Notes under the pieces: model-generated
Databases searched by the model: none
The model's input: only the letters and a program-made list of their open reading frames with translations
Told to the model about the DNA's origin: nothing
Origin: Macrostomum lignano
Taxonomy: Eukaryota
Assembly: GCA_002269645.1 (NCBI GenBank)
Contig: NIVC01000402.1
Location: 40,078 to 104,077, forward strand
DNA: 64,000 bases
Reading direction: 5' to 3'
Shown here: piece after piece, positions 24,934-38,339 of the stretch
Layout of the letters: each line of letters opens with the position of its first letter
Position numbering within the stretch: position 1 is the first letter of the stretch
Translations under genes and position numbers: made by a program

Positions 24934-25029
24934 CTTTGGTTTTGAATAGCAATAGTATATATATAAATAAGTAATCATAATAGTGATGGATAAAGATATA
25001 ATGAGCATATTATTGACACATGGACTCAC

Positions 25030-25147
25030 TTCTATTAGCCATAAAGATTTCCAAGGCAACATTTTTGTGCAAATAGCGCCGACTGAAGATGGCCCGGATT
25101 TCGTTGAAATGCCACTTCCCGTGCAGATGATCCACGTAGCGCAGCAC
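25030..25147 (-). CDS. nbea: Neurobeachin exon, PH domain ([39 protein letters not shown])
   Basis: Acceptor TTTACCAAG|GTG (AAG type), donor AGAA|GTGAGT; 118 nt, phase 0 to 1. Confidence 0.94.
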
Positions 25148-25511
25148 CTTGGTAAACGGATTGAAATATACAGCATATATACTGTTTGTCTACTTATAGT
25201 AAGCCAAAGGAATATTTAAATAAAAAAGTTAATAAATAATTCAATTGCCGATATGCATAGAAAAATAACAAAAAATTATTTGAATTCTTGACAATACGAG
25301 AAGACATGAGCTTAGGACACATCAGTAGTATGAGGTCAAGCAAGCAAAGTTTGTGTTAATGAGATTATAAGGCTAAGTAGAAAGCCTTCATAGTTTTAGC
25401 TGCCCTAATGGATTTCTAGTGTATTTTTCGTGCACACTTTCGATTGTCGGTCTAAAAGCGAAAATAGTTTTAAAACAGGGATGATAACCTAACCCTAACC
25501 ATGGCCTAGTA

Positions 25512-26528
25512 CAGGGGTCGGCAAACTGTTTTACCTCAAGGGCCGGATAAAGAATCCAGCTCATGGCCGCGGGCGAGGAGAGAGGAGAGAAGAGAAGAGG
25601 GGAGAGAGAAGAGAGAGAGGAGAGAGGAGGGTAGAGAGGAGAGAGGAGGGGAGAGAGGAGAGAAGAGAAGAGAAGAGGGGAGAGAGAAGAGAGAGAGGAG
25701 AGAGGAGGGTAGAGAGGAGAGAGGAGGGGAGAGAGGAGAGAAGAGAAGAGGGGAGAGATAAGAGAGAGAGGAGAGAGGAGGGTAGAGAGGAGAGAGGAGG
25801 GGAGAGAGGAGAGAAGAGAAGAGAAGAGGGGAGAGAGAAGAGAGAGAGGAGAGAGGAGGGTAGAGAGGAGAGAGGAGGGGAGAGAGGAGAGAAGAGAAGA
25901 GGGGATAGATAAGAGAGAGAGGAGAGAGGAGGGTAGAGAGGAGAGAGGAGGGGAGAGAGGAGAGAAGAGAAGAGGGGAGAGATAAGAGAGAGAGGAGAGA
26001 GGAGGGTGGAGAGGAGAGAGGAGGGGAGAGAGGAGAGAGGAGAGAAGAGAAGAGGGGAGAGAGAAGAGAGAGAGGAGAGAGGAGGGTAGAGAGGAGAGAG
26101 GAGGGGAGAGAGGAGAGAAGAGAAGAGGGGAGAGATAAGAGAGAGAGGAGAGAGGAGGGTAGAGAGGAGAGAGGAGGGGAGAGAGGAGAGAGGAGAGAAG
26201 AGAAGAGGGGAGAGATAAGAGAGAGAGGAGAGAGGAGGGTAGAGAGGAGAGAGGAGGGGAGAGAGGAGAGAGGAGAGAAGAGAAGAGGGGAGAGAGAAGA
26301 GAGAGAGGAGAGAGGAGGGTAGAGAGGAGAGAGGAGGGGAGAGAGGAGAGAGGAGAGAGGAGGGGAGAGAGGAGAGAGGAGAGATAAGAGAAGAGAGAAG
26401 AGGTAAGAGGTAAGAGAAGGAAGCAGAGAAGAGACACCATCTTTGAGCGGGCCGGATTGCTATTTCGAAGTTTCAAAGACCCGAGGGCCGGATAGAGAGG
26501 CTTCGCGGGCCGGCGTTCGCCGACCCTG
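25512..26528 (+). mobile_element. Non-autonomous hAT-type MITE, copy B, with an internal ~850-nt polypurine expansion
   Basis: TIRs CAGGGGTCGGCAAAC ... GTTCGCCGACCCTG; perfect 8-bp target-site duplication GCCTAGTA at 25504-25511 and 26529-26536. An 8-bp TSD with CAG-initiated TIRs is typical of hAT. Confidence 0.88.
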
Positions 26529-27974
26529 GCCTAGTAGGTTCTTTAAAACACAAAAAATTGCTAACTAAACTAAGTAGCTAACAAGGAGGCAGCAGTCATG
26601 ATCATTCTGCTGACTCCTAAGCACGCTCACGCTCACACAGGGTGTACAGCAGGCCCTGACATTGTCTTCGTCAGACAGTGTACCGGTACAACTCAATCTA
26701 GCTGCGCCCTAAATGTCTGTTGAATGATTGAATTTTGCTGCAGAAAGAATTTGAGAATAATAAGGATTGCTTGTGCTGGATTATAGAACAGACTGCAAAG
26801 AAGTAGTTGCTAATCGCCAGGACAAGGCAGCAAAGTCAGCTGTCAGCGAAGGGCCATAGCTTTAGAGCATGTGCCGCCACTGATGGAGCTGGCGTATCCC
26901 CAGCAACCGGGGCCAGCATCCACCCATCCCCTCCCCAGGGGAGGGGGGGCTCTGCCACTCTCTAGACATACACGTATAAATAGATGAAGAAAACTCGATG
27001 CTTTGCGCTAGAAAGATCCATCATGTCTTCGGGCGGCTGAGGGAGCGAGCGAGCCGCCGACACGGGGCAAACTTAGTGGACGCATTATCAGCTGCTTTCT
27101 GTCTCTGCTGCCGCGTTTCTGCTTCTGCACCCGATGGGGGGGTGGGGTGCAGTTTCGGGGAATTTTAATAACACACGGTACAGGCGAGCACGGGCTAGCC
27201 GTGGCTTAGTGAATTTGTACCATCCGGCACAGTGCGGACAGGCGGACAGCAAGGCAGGTTTTTCGGTTTCTTTTCAAACCCAAAGCCGCCACAGCCGCCA
27301 CTGCGACCACCGCGCCCAGCCACAACAGGATAACGTATTGTTTTCAACTGCTTCCTTCTTTCAAACAAAATCTGCTGCTGTTTCTGCTGCTGCTGCTACT
27401 AGAAGCAGTCCGGCAACCTCTAGCATACCCCGACCAGAGAAAAAATCTTTGGCTGGAGGTCTAAATTGTCAGAGGGTTGGGGGCAGCACAGACAGCAGTA
27501 CTACCGGTATGAATAGATACTGCGTAAGGCTAGCAGGAGACACACAGGATGAATAATAATACAAGAAAGGGCCAGAGACAGATAGAGAGAGAGAGCGCTA
27601 GCTGGAGCTTTCCTTCATGGCGGCCCTATAAGCCTGTCGCTTTCAATTAGCTTCGGGGCGACTCTTGAACAAAAAAATGCTAAAAGCCGAAGATTTTCTC
27701 TTTCGGCACACGAAAGAAAAGATGCAAGGGGAATGGGGGGGGGGGTGAACAGGAAGCCAGACAGACAGACTGCGGCCTGTCGGTCACTAGGGCGGCTACA
27801 GGAGAAGGCATGGATTAGACGTGGGATTAGCGCCGGAAGGTCATAACAGACTACGAATAGAGACAAGATTTGTCAAACAGCTGAGGTTGGCTTTGCAAAT
27901 CAGGAAGGCATCAAGAGACACAATATGATTATTCGTTGCTATGAACACTTGAGCTGCAAAGAAAAGATAGAAAA

Positions 27975-28615
<641 letters not shown>

Positions 28616-29477
28616 GGCTCATCGCAGCAAAGTCAGCAGCAGGTACACCAGTGACGCCATTCAATTCAATAAATACTACGCATCTAAATGAGAGAATTCA
28701 ACTCCCCCAATCGCCAATTCGCAGGACAGGCACTTGACAAAGAGCCCCTGTGGCCAGGCCGGTCTTTGTTGGCGCATCGCGCTCGTGTCAAGTGTCCGCC
28801 CGCCGCCTTAGCCAGCTACGAGCCTCATAGGCTTATCTGCTAGGGCAATCTTACACCAGCTGAGACAGGAATATGATGGGATCCCAAGCTCGTAGTATTG
28901 TTGAAAAGAGAAAATCTTAGCTGAAATATTAGTCGTATTCCGCAATTGCTTCCGCTTGGCCTCAACGGGGCTCCGGGATATTCCGTTGGTCATGCGCGGG
29001 CGCCTTTGTCCAAAAAGAAGTGACTTATTTTTTCGAGAATTTAGGACCCTTACCCCAATAAAATAAGCCATCGTGGTAACTTTGCCCTTGGAATTTGAGA
29101 CAACTGGCGGAGCCCACGATAGGATGCGACTATAAACGGCAGAAGTAGAACAAACGGGAAGCAGTTCGGGTCAACGAGGGGGGGGGCAGTTTCCAAACTG
29201 ATGCGGTGAAGTGGCTCAATGATGGGGCGGAAGATCAAAGCGGGTCAGCGAGACTGGGTTCGGAGCGTAGCAAGAGACAAGTGCGAGGCAAGGCAGAAAC
29301 TGTAAATAGAATAAGCAAAGGAATGAAAAGGGGAGAGAAAAAAAAATAGGCAATGCGATAAAAAGGTAGAGGAGTTTGAGAGGAGGTGGATAGAAAAAAG
29401 CGACAGAAGAGCACGGGTGAGAATCAGCAAAGGAATGACGACTAAGGACACAAGAGCAACACCTGAAACAGCTTAAT

Positions 29478-30353
29478 AAGCGGTTGGCAAGATTTCTTTT
29501 ACCTTGAGGGTTATATAAAGCTTAGGGCTGCGGGCCAGCTGAGAGAGAAAAGAAGGTAAAATAGAGGAGACAGATGAGAGAAGAGATAAGATAGGAGAGA
29601 GGGGAGAGAGGAGGGGAGAGAGAAGAGGATAGAGAGGGGAGAGAGTAAAGATAGAGAGAAGAGAGAGAGAGGAGAGGAGAGAAAAGAGAGGACAGATGAT
29701 AGAGAAGAGAGAGAAGAGAGAAGAGAGAGCAGGAGAGGAGAGAGGAGAGAGGAAAGAGAGAGAAGAGAGAAGAGAGAGCAGGAGAAGGGAGAGGGGAGAG
29801 AGGAGAGAGGAGAGAGAAAAAGAGAAGAGAGAAGAGAGAAGAGAGAGGAGAGAAGAGAGAGAAGAGAGAGGAGAGAAGAGAGAGGAGAGAAGAGAGAGGA
29901 GAGAGAGAGAAGAGAGAAGAGAGAGCAGGAGAAGGGAGAGGGGAGAGAGGAGAGAGGAGAGAGAAAAAGAGAAGAGAGAAGAGAGAAGAGAGAGGAGAGA
30001 AGAGAGAGAAGAGAGAGGAGAGAAGAGAGAGGAGAGAAGAGAGAGGAGAGAGAGAAGAGAGAGAAGAGAGAGGAGAGAAGAGAGAAGAGAGAGGAGGAAG
30101 AGGAGAAAGGAGAGAGGAGATGAGAGGAGAGGGGAGAGAAAGGAGAGAGGAGAGGAGAGATAGAAGAGAGATAAATAGAAGCGAGAAGACAGAGATAGAA
30201 GAGAGATAAATAGAAGCGAGAAGACAGAGAGAGAAGAGAGAAGAGAGAAGTGAGAGGAGGAGGGGAGAGAAGAGAGGGAGAGAGAAAGAGAGCTGAGAAG
30301 AGACACAAACTCGGATTGGTACTGTGGCCGCGGGCCAGAGTTAGCCGTTCCTG
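29478..30353 (+). mobile_element. Degenerate third copy (C) of the same MITE family with an internal GA expansion
   Basis: Left end GGTTGGCAAGATTTCTTTTACCTTGAGGG...GGCTGCGGGCC and right end CGCGGGCCAGAGTTAGCCGTTCCTG align to copy B ends; flanks AGCTTAAT/AACTAAAT match at 6/8. Confidence 0.7.
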
Positions 30354-30915
30354 AACTAAATTGACTGCTAAAACAGAGAAAATAAATCTATTAAACAGAC
30401 AAACCAATAAACCAAGAAATCGATTATCCAGACATTATCCAGGCTTTATCAAATCCAATGGAGAGAAAGAGTTAAATAAAGACAGAATAAATTCTGAAAG
30501 TGGCCTTATTACAGTAGGGAGAGAATATGACAGAGAACAGGACTGCAGACAGGCGCCGTCTCGCACAAAGGGGGGTTGTGGGATAGCCAGCATCTCTCTG
30601 ATGAGGATGGAGGAGGCTGTAGGGGAGAACAAAAGACACTGTACCCCTTTGCCGCCTCGGTCGTTTATCAAGTGAAAAGTATTGCACGTGTCCGATCTGC
30701 GATCGAGGATTCGCTTGATGCTGCTGCGACCTCCGCTCCGTTTTCAAGCTCCCCACGGACCCCATGTCCAGCTGGGAGGCCGGGTGGGATGCCCCCTGTT
30801 TCACTGTTAAGACATTGCGCGCGAACCTTGGTAAGGTAAAGCGACTTGCTGGAAATGGCAGAAAACTACATAGAGAGAAGAATATATATATGGAGCTGCC
30901 AAGATGGCAAGGGGA

Positions 30916-31216
<301 letters not shown>

Positions 31217-31449
31217 AATAAGAAGAGACCCAGTTGGAAAGATTCTTGCACTGATTACCGTAGCGACGTCCGAAGTATCCAGCCAGCCTCCCATGCAGCC
31301 TTCGCATCTTTATTTCTTCATCGCTGCCCGTTTCTTACTGCCCGTTAATTGCTCGAGAAATTAGCGGACACTTATCATTGAAATATTTATTGTACAATAT
31401 GCAGCTGCAAATGGGATAACTAGTAATCAGTTAGCTGGAAAGACAAGGG

Positions 31450-32112
31450 GACAGGTAGTCAGGAGGCTACCTGAAGGACAAGAGAATAGTCAGCGGCTAC
31501 CTAAAGGACAAGTGAATAGGTAGTCGGAAGCTACATAAAGGATAAGGGAACAGGTAATCAGGAACAGGTAGTCAGGAGGCTACCTGAAATACAAGGGAGA
31601 TAGTCAGGAGGCTACCTGAAGGACAAGGGAGATAGTCAGGAAGCTACCTGAAGGCAAGGGAGGTAGTCAGGAGGCTACCTGAAGGACAAGGGAGGTATTC
31701 AGGAGGCTACCTGAAGGACAAGGGAGGTATTCAGGAGGCTACCTGAAGGACAAGAGAACAGGTAGTCAAAAGGCTACCTGAAGGACAAGGGAGATATTCA
31801 GGAGGCTACCTGAAGGACAAGAGAACAGGTAGTCAAAAGACTACCTGAAGGACAAGAGAACAGGTAGTCAAAAGGCTACCTGAAGGACAAGAGAACAGGT
31901 AGTCAAAAGGCTACCTGAAGGACAAGAGAACAGGTAGTCAAAAGGCTACCTGAAGGACAAGAGAACAGGTAGTCAAAAGGCTACCTGAAGGACAGTGAAC
32001 AGGTAGTCAAGGACAAGAGAACAGGTAGTCAAGAGGCTACCTGAAGGACAAGAGAACAGGTAGTCAAAAGGCTACCTGAAGGACAAGGCAACAGGTAGTT
32101 TGGAGGCTATCT
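31450..32112. repeat. 32-35-nt minisatellite GGCTACCTGAAGGACAAGAGAACAGGTAGTCAAAA, ~18 copies
   Basis: Read directly; contains the inverted pair CAGGTAG...CTACCTG. Confidence 0.93.
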
Positions 32113-33021
32113 GAAGGTCACGATATTGATTTAGACACAATATTCCAGTACGTTCGTATGGAATGAAAAAATCAGTATTGAAAAAATTCCATCAGACACT
32201 TGCAAACCGTAAAAGATTTACAAATTTCTCAAACAGACACAGCAGGACACGGGAGCCATAGTTTTCAATCTATACACAAGCAAGCCATATAAGCAGGGCA
32301 AGGCAAACTTCACACCAGCCAAGATATAGAAGTCAGATAGCCACAAGTTTAAGCTCCATCCTCATGGACAAAACCGTGAAAATTAGATACAGAAGAGATC
32401 AAGACAGTTTCAAACTGGAAAGAACAGCTACATAGATTAGATAACAAGACATTTAGGGGCGTGCCGTGCCGCACTGACAAGGCGAGATGAAATCAAAAGT
32501 GACACAAGCGCACAAAGAGACAAGCCAAGAAGAGAGAGAATGAGGAAAAAGGGGCGGAGCGGATCGGCAGCGAAGCCCCCAATGGATGAAGTCTCGCCCT
32601 CTCCGCTAGCCGAATTTCAAGCGATACCCCCTTGGGCTACACGAAGGATTGAAGCCAGACAGCTTCCTATCCCCCCGGCCACGTCAAAGCGGACCGGGCT
32701 CTAACCCGAACTGACAGGCGCTGCTTCCGCTGCTGTCTCTTCTTTTCCCCCTTCCTCTCGCCCACCCCGACCTCGGCCTGTCTTTGGAGATTCTATTCAA
32801 AAAAATTGGAAAAGCATCGCAAGGTCCACGGACGCAAGTTTTTTTTTCAAGTATAGTCATCTATACTGGAACCGAGGGGCTCTGAAAGCCAATTAAATTT
32901 TCATTTGGTTTGGTAACTTCTGCACACCAGAGATTGGCTAGTGTAGAAGATGCTAACATTCTCCCAAGCAACAATCAAAACTTGGCTAGATACGATTTCA
33001 TTTGCATTCATTTGCGTTTGA

Positions 33022-33300
33022 GTTTAGCCTAATGGTTAGAGCGTCGGACTCACGAATGAAAGGTCGGAGGTTCGATTCTCGACCTACTCGGAACAATTTG
33101 TGTCCTTGAGCAAGACACTAACTCTCAATTTTACATCCAACTGTAAAATGGATGCCAGCATTAACTGAGGTAATTGCAAGGATGTGTGTAGCGACCCCCC
33201 ACTCCTTGGACTTAACAGCCGTACGCAGTCTTCAGATGCGCCGCGCAATAGCTGCGGCTGTGGGTTGCACACCTGCCCATTAAGGGCTGGTTTAATCAAT
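33022..33300 (+). mobile_element. tRNA-derived SINE with a CORE-like central domain
   Basis: Pol III A box TAGCCTAATGG and B box GGTTCGATTC, followed by TGTGTCCTTGAGCAAGACACTAACTC, which resembles the central domain of CORE/MIR-type SINEs. The anticodon stem does not pair well. Confidence 0.75.
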
Positions 33301-34114
33301 TATTTTTGTATTTTTATTCTTAATATTATTATATTCGAATTCCATGATAAATTATAATAATTTAGTAGCTGAACAACTACGGATTAGAGGGCAGATGCTC
33401 AGAAGGAGAGCTGTTGAGGCTATCTAATGAAGCTCAATGGGGTCAGTTGCCCCCACTTCCCATAGTAATAATGGGAGGTCATGTTTCCTGGAAACGAAAA
33501 GGGCTCATATTTGAGACTTTTGCGCCACCCCCCCCCGATGAAAATTGTTCAGCGGTACCTGCCTTCATATTACAGGTGTGAGTCTGACGAACGGCTGTGA
33601 TATTGAGAACTTTCTTATTATAGCTTGTATGACTGCATTTTTCCCATCGCGTGTGCGAATTTACACAGAGGTAGAAATTTTTAGAGACTTAGCCTTCCGC
33701 AACGCATTCCAACCTGTCCTTGTCCAAAAGGGAGAAAAAGCAAACCGTCATTGTGTTTTTGAACATTCTGCCAACAGTATTAATAAAAGAATGGTTGGCT
33801 TTTAAGCGATGAAACTGAAACAATGGAGCAGCGCCGGAATGCGGGAACGCGGAAGAGCTTGTCAATAAAATCGTGTTTTTCTGTCTGAGCAATTTTTCAG
33901 GACCCATCAATCAAATTGCTGCAGCTCAGAGCCGTTTCTGATCACGCAAACTTTGGATTAGTTCGTGTTTTTATAAGCTTCTCCTATGTAAATGTAAGTG
34001 GCTTTTAATATTACTTTTAGTATAAGCCACTCTTACTAAGCAGCGGTGGATCCCTTTAATGGCTTAAAAAATAACTTTAAAAAGTATAAACTTCAGCTTT
34101 AAAAACTAGACTCT

Positions 34115-35020
34115 CACAAACTGGACACTTCACAAACTGGACACTTCACAAACTGGACACTTCACAAACTGGACACTTCACAAACTGGAAACTTCACAAA
34201 CTAGACAATTCACAAACTGGACACTTCACAAACTGGAAACTTCACAAACTGGACACTTCACAAACTGGACACTTCACAAACTGGAAACTTCACAAACTGG
34301 AAACTTCACAAACTGGACACTTCACAAACTGGACACTTCACAAACTGGACACTTCATAAACTGGACACTTCACAAACTGGACACTTCACAAACTGAACAC
34401 TCCACAAACTGAACACTTCACAAACTGGGCACTTCATAAACTGGACACTTCACAAACTGGACATTTCACAAACTGGACACTTCACAAACTGGACACTTCA
34501 CAAACTGGACACTTCACAAACTGGACTCTTCACAAACTGGACACTTCACAAACTGGACACTTCACAAACTGGACTCTTCACAAACTGGACACTTCACAAA
34601 CTGGACTCTTCACAAACTGGACACTTCACAAACTGGGCACTTCATAAACTGGATACTTCACAAACTGGGCACTTCACAAACTGGACTCTTCACAAACTGG
34701 ACACTTCACAAACTGGACACTTCACAAACTGGACACTTCACAAACTGGACACTTCACAAACTGGACACTTCACAAACTGGACACTTCACAAACTGGACAT
34801 TTCACAAACTGGACACTTCACAAACTGGACACTTCACAAACTGGACTCTTCACAAACTGGACTCTTCACAAACTGGACACTTCACAAACTGGACACTTCA
34901 CAAACTGGACTCTTCACAAACTGGACACTTCACAAACTGGACACTTCACAAACTGGACATTTCACAAACTGGACACTTCACAAACTGGACACTTCACAAA
35001 CTGGACTCTTCACAAAATAG
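34115..35020. repeat. 16-nt minisatellite CACAAACTGGACACTT, ~55 copies, just upstream of mab-21
   Basis: Period read directly. Confidence 0.97.
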
Positions 35021-35149
35021 AAGTTTCACAGGCTAGACACTTTATAAAGAAGCTTCAAAAACTTTGGAAAACATCTTCATGGTTTTCTAAAAAAATTTTC
35101 TACCAACTTAAAATTTGAGTTAGTGAAAGTGCTCGCTACAATCTGAAGA

Positions 35150-35395
35150 AGCCAATTGTGTTCCCAATTTGAGGAAGCGACCTGTGTGGAAGGACAGACA
35201 CAGTGGTCGGCAGATAAGAGAAAGTGTCAATTTCCTCCCCCATCTGCGCACGGCATCCTCTCATTTGTTTCCTATTGGCTGAGAGCCGGTAAGCGAATAA
35301 GAATTTGCCCAAAGCCAATCGGATCCCGCAATCTCGGAGTCTTAAAATTGACGATGAACCACTATAAAGTTTAGACAATTCAAAGCCATTGGATT
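35150..35395 (+). promoter_or_regulatory. Candidate mab-21 proximal promoter (CCAAT-box cluster)
   Basis: CCAAT at 35152 and 35315 and ATTGG at 35274 and 35387, about 120-360 nt upstream of the first ATG. Motif evidence only. Confidence 0.35.
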
Positions 35396-35510
35396 CTAAT
35401 TTTAGCTTTAACAAATTACGTCAATAGAAAGATCAACAGCACAAGTGAAGCAATTATAACAAACAACGGCTCATTATCCGTATTTAGAGTATCAACGGGC
35501 AACTCCAGGT

Positions 35511-36689
35511 ATGCACGTTTACGAGACTGGCGTTTCTAACTACCTGCCAAGTGGAGGAGGAGGCGGCGGAGGCGGAGCTGGCAGTGTCGGCGGCATGATA
35601 AACAGCGGCCCCACCATGGTGGGCGCCCAGCAGTCGTACCAGCTGCACAGATTCTACACCGAGCGAGTGGCCGCTCGCAAAGCTCAAATAACCAAGACTG
35701 TGCGCGAGGTCACCAAAATTGCGCAGGACGTGCTCAAAGAAGTCGAAGTTCAAGAGCCGCGCTTCATCAGCACCCTGACTGAGGCTGGTGGACACTACGA
35801 CGGTTTTAGAATCATATCGCCGTGCGAATACGAAGTCCTGCTATTCCTCAATCAGATGGGCGTATTTAATTTTGTTGACGACGGCTCGCTGCCCGGCTGC
35901 GCCGTGCTGAAACTCAGCGACGGCCGCAAGCGCTCAATGTCGCTATGGGTTGAATTCATCACCGCCAGTGGCTATTTGTCGGCTAGGAAGATTCGCTCCA
36001 GATTCTTATCGCTAGTGGCCGTGGCCATAGACAAGTGCGCCTACAGAGACATTGTGAAACTGCAGGCGGACACCAGCGAGGTGAGACTGCGCATCCGAGA
36101 TCGCTATTTCGTACAGATAACGCCGGCATTCAGGTGCGGCGGACTCTGGCCAAGATCTGCGGCCGGCTGGCCAATGCCTAACAGTCCGTGGCCGAGCGCC
36201 GGCCTAGTGGCCGAAGTCAAGTCCGAAGGCTTCATCCTGCTGTCCAAGGAGTCCGTGTACACCAGGGAGAAAGGCAGCGCAGCCGAAGGCGACTCTTGGC
36301 TGGTTGATTTCACCGACTCGGAGAATCACCTGCTGCAGGGTGGCTGTCGGAGGAAATGCCTGAGCATCTTGAAGACCCTGCGCGACCGACACCTGGAACT
36401 GGACGGCCAGCCAGTCAGCAACTATCACATGAAGACCATGCTGATGTACGAGTGCGAGAAGCATCCGCGCGATATAGAATGGGACGAGGCCTGTCTATTC
36501 GATAGAATCAATGGCATTCTATTGCAGACAATCAGCTGCCTGCAGAATAGGCGGTGCCCGCACTTCTTTCTGCCGCAGTTGGACCTGCTGCGCGGCAAGA
36601 GTACGCAATCGCTCGACGAGGCGGCTAAGGCAATCTGGGCCCTGCTTAGGGACCTGCTGACTAATAGCAAGTGTCTAGAGAAGCTCTAG
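35511..36689 (+). CDS. mab21: Protein mab-21 (MAB21L1/L2 ortholog; cGAS/Mab21 nucleotidyltransferase fold), intronless CDS nested antisense in a neurobeachin intron
   Basis: 392-aa ORF with near-invariant Mab21 motifs: VLKEVEVQEPRFIS, NQMGVFNFVDDGSLPGCAVLKLSDGRKRSMSLWVEFITASGYLSARKIRSRF, ILKTLRDRHLEL, NYHMKT, C-terminal LEKL. The canonical start aligns to the ATG at 35616 (CCCACCATGG). Confidence 0.98.
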   Translation: MHVYETGVSNYLPSGGGGGGGGAGSVGGMINSGPTMVGAQQSYQLHRFYTERVAARKAQITKTVREVTKIAQDVLKEVEVQEPRFISTLTEAGGHYDGFRIISPCEYEVLLFLNQMGVFNFVDDGSLPGCAVLKLSDGRKRSMSLWVEFITASGYLSARKIRSRFLSLVAVAIDKCAYRDIVKLQADTSEVRLRIRDRYFVQITPAFRCGGLWPRSAAGWPMPNSPWPSAGLVAEVKSEGFILLSKESVYTREKGSAAEGDSWLVDFTDSENHLLQGGCRRKCLSILKTLRDRHLELDGQPVSNYHMKTMLMYECEKHPRDIEWDEACLFDRINGILLQTISCLQNRRCPHFFLPQLDLLRGKSTQSLDEAAKAIWALLRDLLTNSKCLEKL

Positions 36690-36854
36690 GCCTCTGGTAA
36701 CTTTCCTCTGACCGCTAACCATATAATGCTTATTTGTTGCGGAATTGTGATTTTGAGTTCGCTTCAGTTCGCTTTGAATTTTAGAAAAATGCTTTTTTGA
36801 GAGACTTCTGGGGAGGGTGAAAGGGACACATAGATGAGACATAGGACGGGTAGA

Positions 36855-37365
36855 AGTAGAGGGGCGGATAAAGAGCGGACAGGTAGATGGGACGGATAAG
36901 GAGCGGACAGGTAGATGGGGTGGATAAGGAGCGGACAGGTAGATAGGGCGGATAAAGAGTGGACAGGTAGATGGGGTGGATAAGGAGCGGACAGGTAGAT
37001 GAGACGGATAAGGAGCGGACAGGTAGATGGGGCGGATAAGGAGCGGACAGGTAGATGGGGCGGATAAGGAGCGGACAGGTAGAGGGGCGGATAAGGAGCG
37101 GACAGGTAGATGGGGCGGATGAGGAGTGGACAGGTGGAGGGGTGGATAAGGAGCGGACAGGTAGATGGGGCGGAAAAGGAGCGGACAGGTAGATGGGGTG
37201 GATAAGGAGCGGACAGGTAGATGGGGTGGATAAGGAGCGGACAGGTAGAGGGGTGGATAAGGAGCGGACAGGTAGATGGGGCGGATAAGGAGCGGACAGG
37301 TAGAGGGGCGGATAAGGAGCGGAAAGGTAGATGGGGCGGATAAGGAGCGGACAGGTAGAGAGACA
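36855..37365. repeat. 28-nt minisatellite GATAAGGAGCGGACAGGTAGATGGGG(C/T)G, ~18 copies, in the likely mab-21 3' UTR
   Basis: Period read directly. Confidence 0.95.
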
Positions 37366-37537
37366 GTAAGGTGAGTTCAAGCACTCTCAAGCCCAAGCAT
37401 ATGAGATTAGCAAGCATACCAAGCTACGAGTATAATGTACAACATTATTGATTGAATATAATAACTGTTATTATAAATTCTCAAAAAGCATGTCAAAAAT
37501 GCGGTTATATAATGTAACAAAATACAAGCGTAGAAAT

Positions 37538-37543
37538 AATAAA
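37538..37543 (+). terminator. Candidate polyadenylation signal for mab-21
   Basis: AATAAA in an AT-rich tract about 850 nt past the stop, after the 28-nt repeat array. Motif evidence only. Confidence 0.3.
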
Positions 37544-38339
37544 CTAAGCAGAACATATATAGTAACTAAATACAAGTAATCTTAGCATGAAGTACATTCG
37601 CACATATAAATTATCCCTAACTACTCGTACTAATTAGTAACCACTGATTTTTTCAGTTTGACTTAAATTTATTTCAACATCAAGCAAACAGAAAGGCATG
37701 GCTTATCAGACTGGATAATGGGGCCGTGAGTGATGGACATAGATAAGCCTATTGGACATCTGGCATCAAAGTGACCTCTCGGTCGGGAAGGGCCTGACAG
37801 GAAGATAGGGAAAGCGGAAAGAATTATTATAAGATTCCTTTTCCAAAGATCGAACAAGACAAGAGCTCAGCGAGCCATCAATCTGTTCATCGATAATATG
37901 AGCACAAATAAGCATTGGACGCTCAAAAAAGGCCGAAGCCATTAGACTTGCCGCTAATAGCATTATATAAGCATATGTAGATGCAGGCGCTTGGTCTAAG
38001 CTTAATTACTAAGTGACAGGGAGAGCTCTTAGCGGCTATGGCCAATGGTGACTGGTCTGAAGTGACCAGCATATGGGAGATTATTAATTAGGATGACTAT
38101 AGGAGGGCTCTGCTAGCCCTCTTTCATCCAACATGCCTTGCCTTTCTTTCACTGACTGCTTTCTTAAATGTCTCATTGTGTTAGTCTATAGTCATCTCCT
38201 GATATCTGAAATCGAATCTCATGATTCTCTCTTTCTTAATAAAACGACTCTTTCGAACTGGCCGGCTAAATCTTCTCAGTTGCATTAACCTCACCCCAAT
38301 AACTTCCAATCTCTTCTCAGTATATAAACTTTCCCTAAC

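Noticed and set aside
33022-33095. Functional tRNA gene
   Set aside because: A and B boxes are present, but the acceptor and anticodon stems do not pair and the sequence continues into a SINE-type core.
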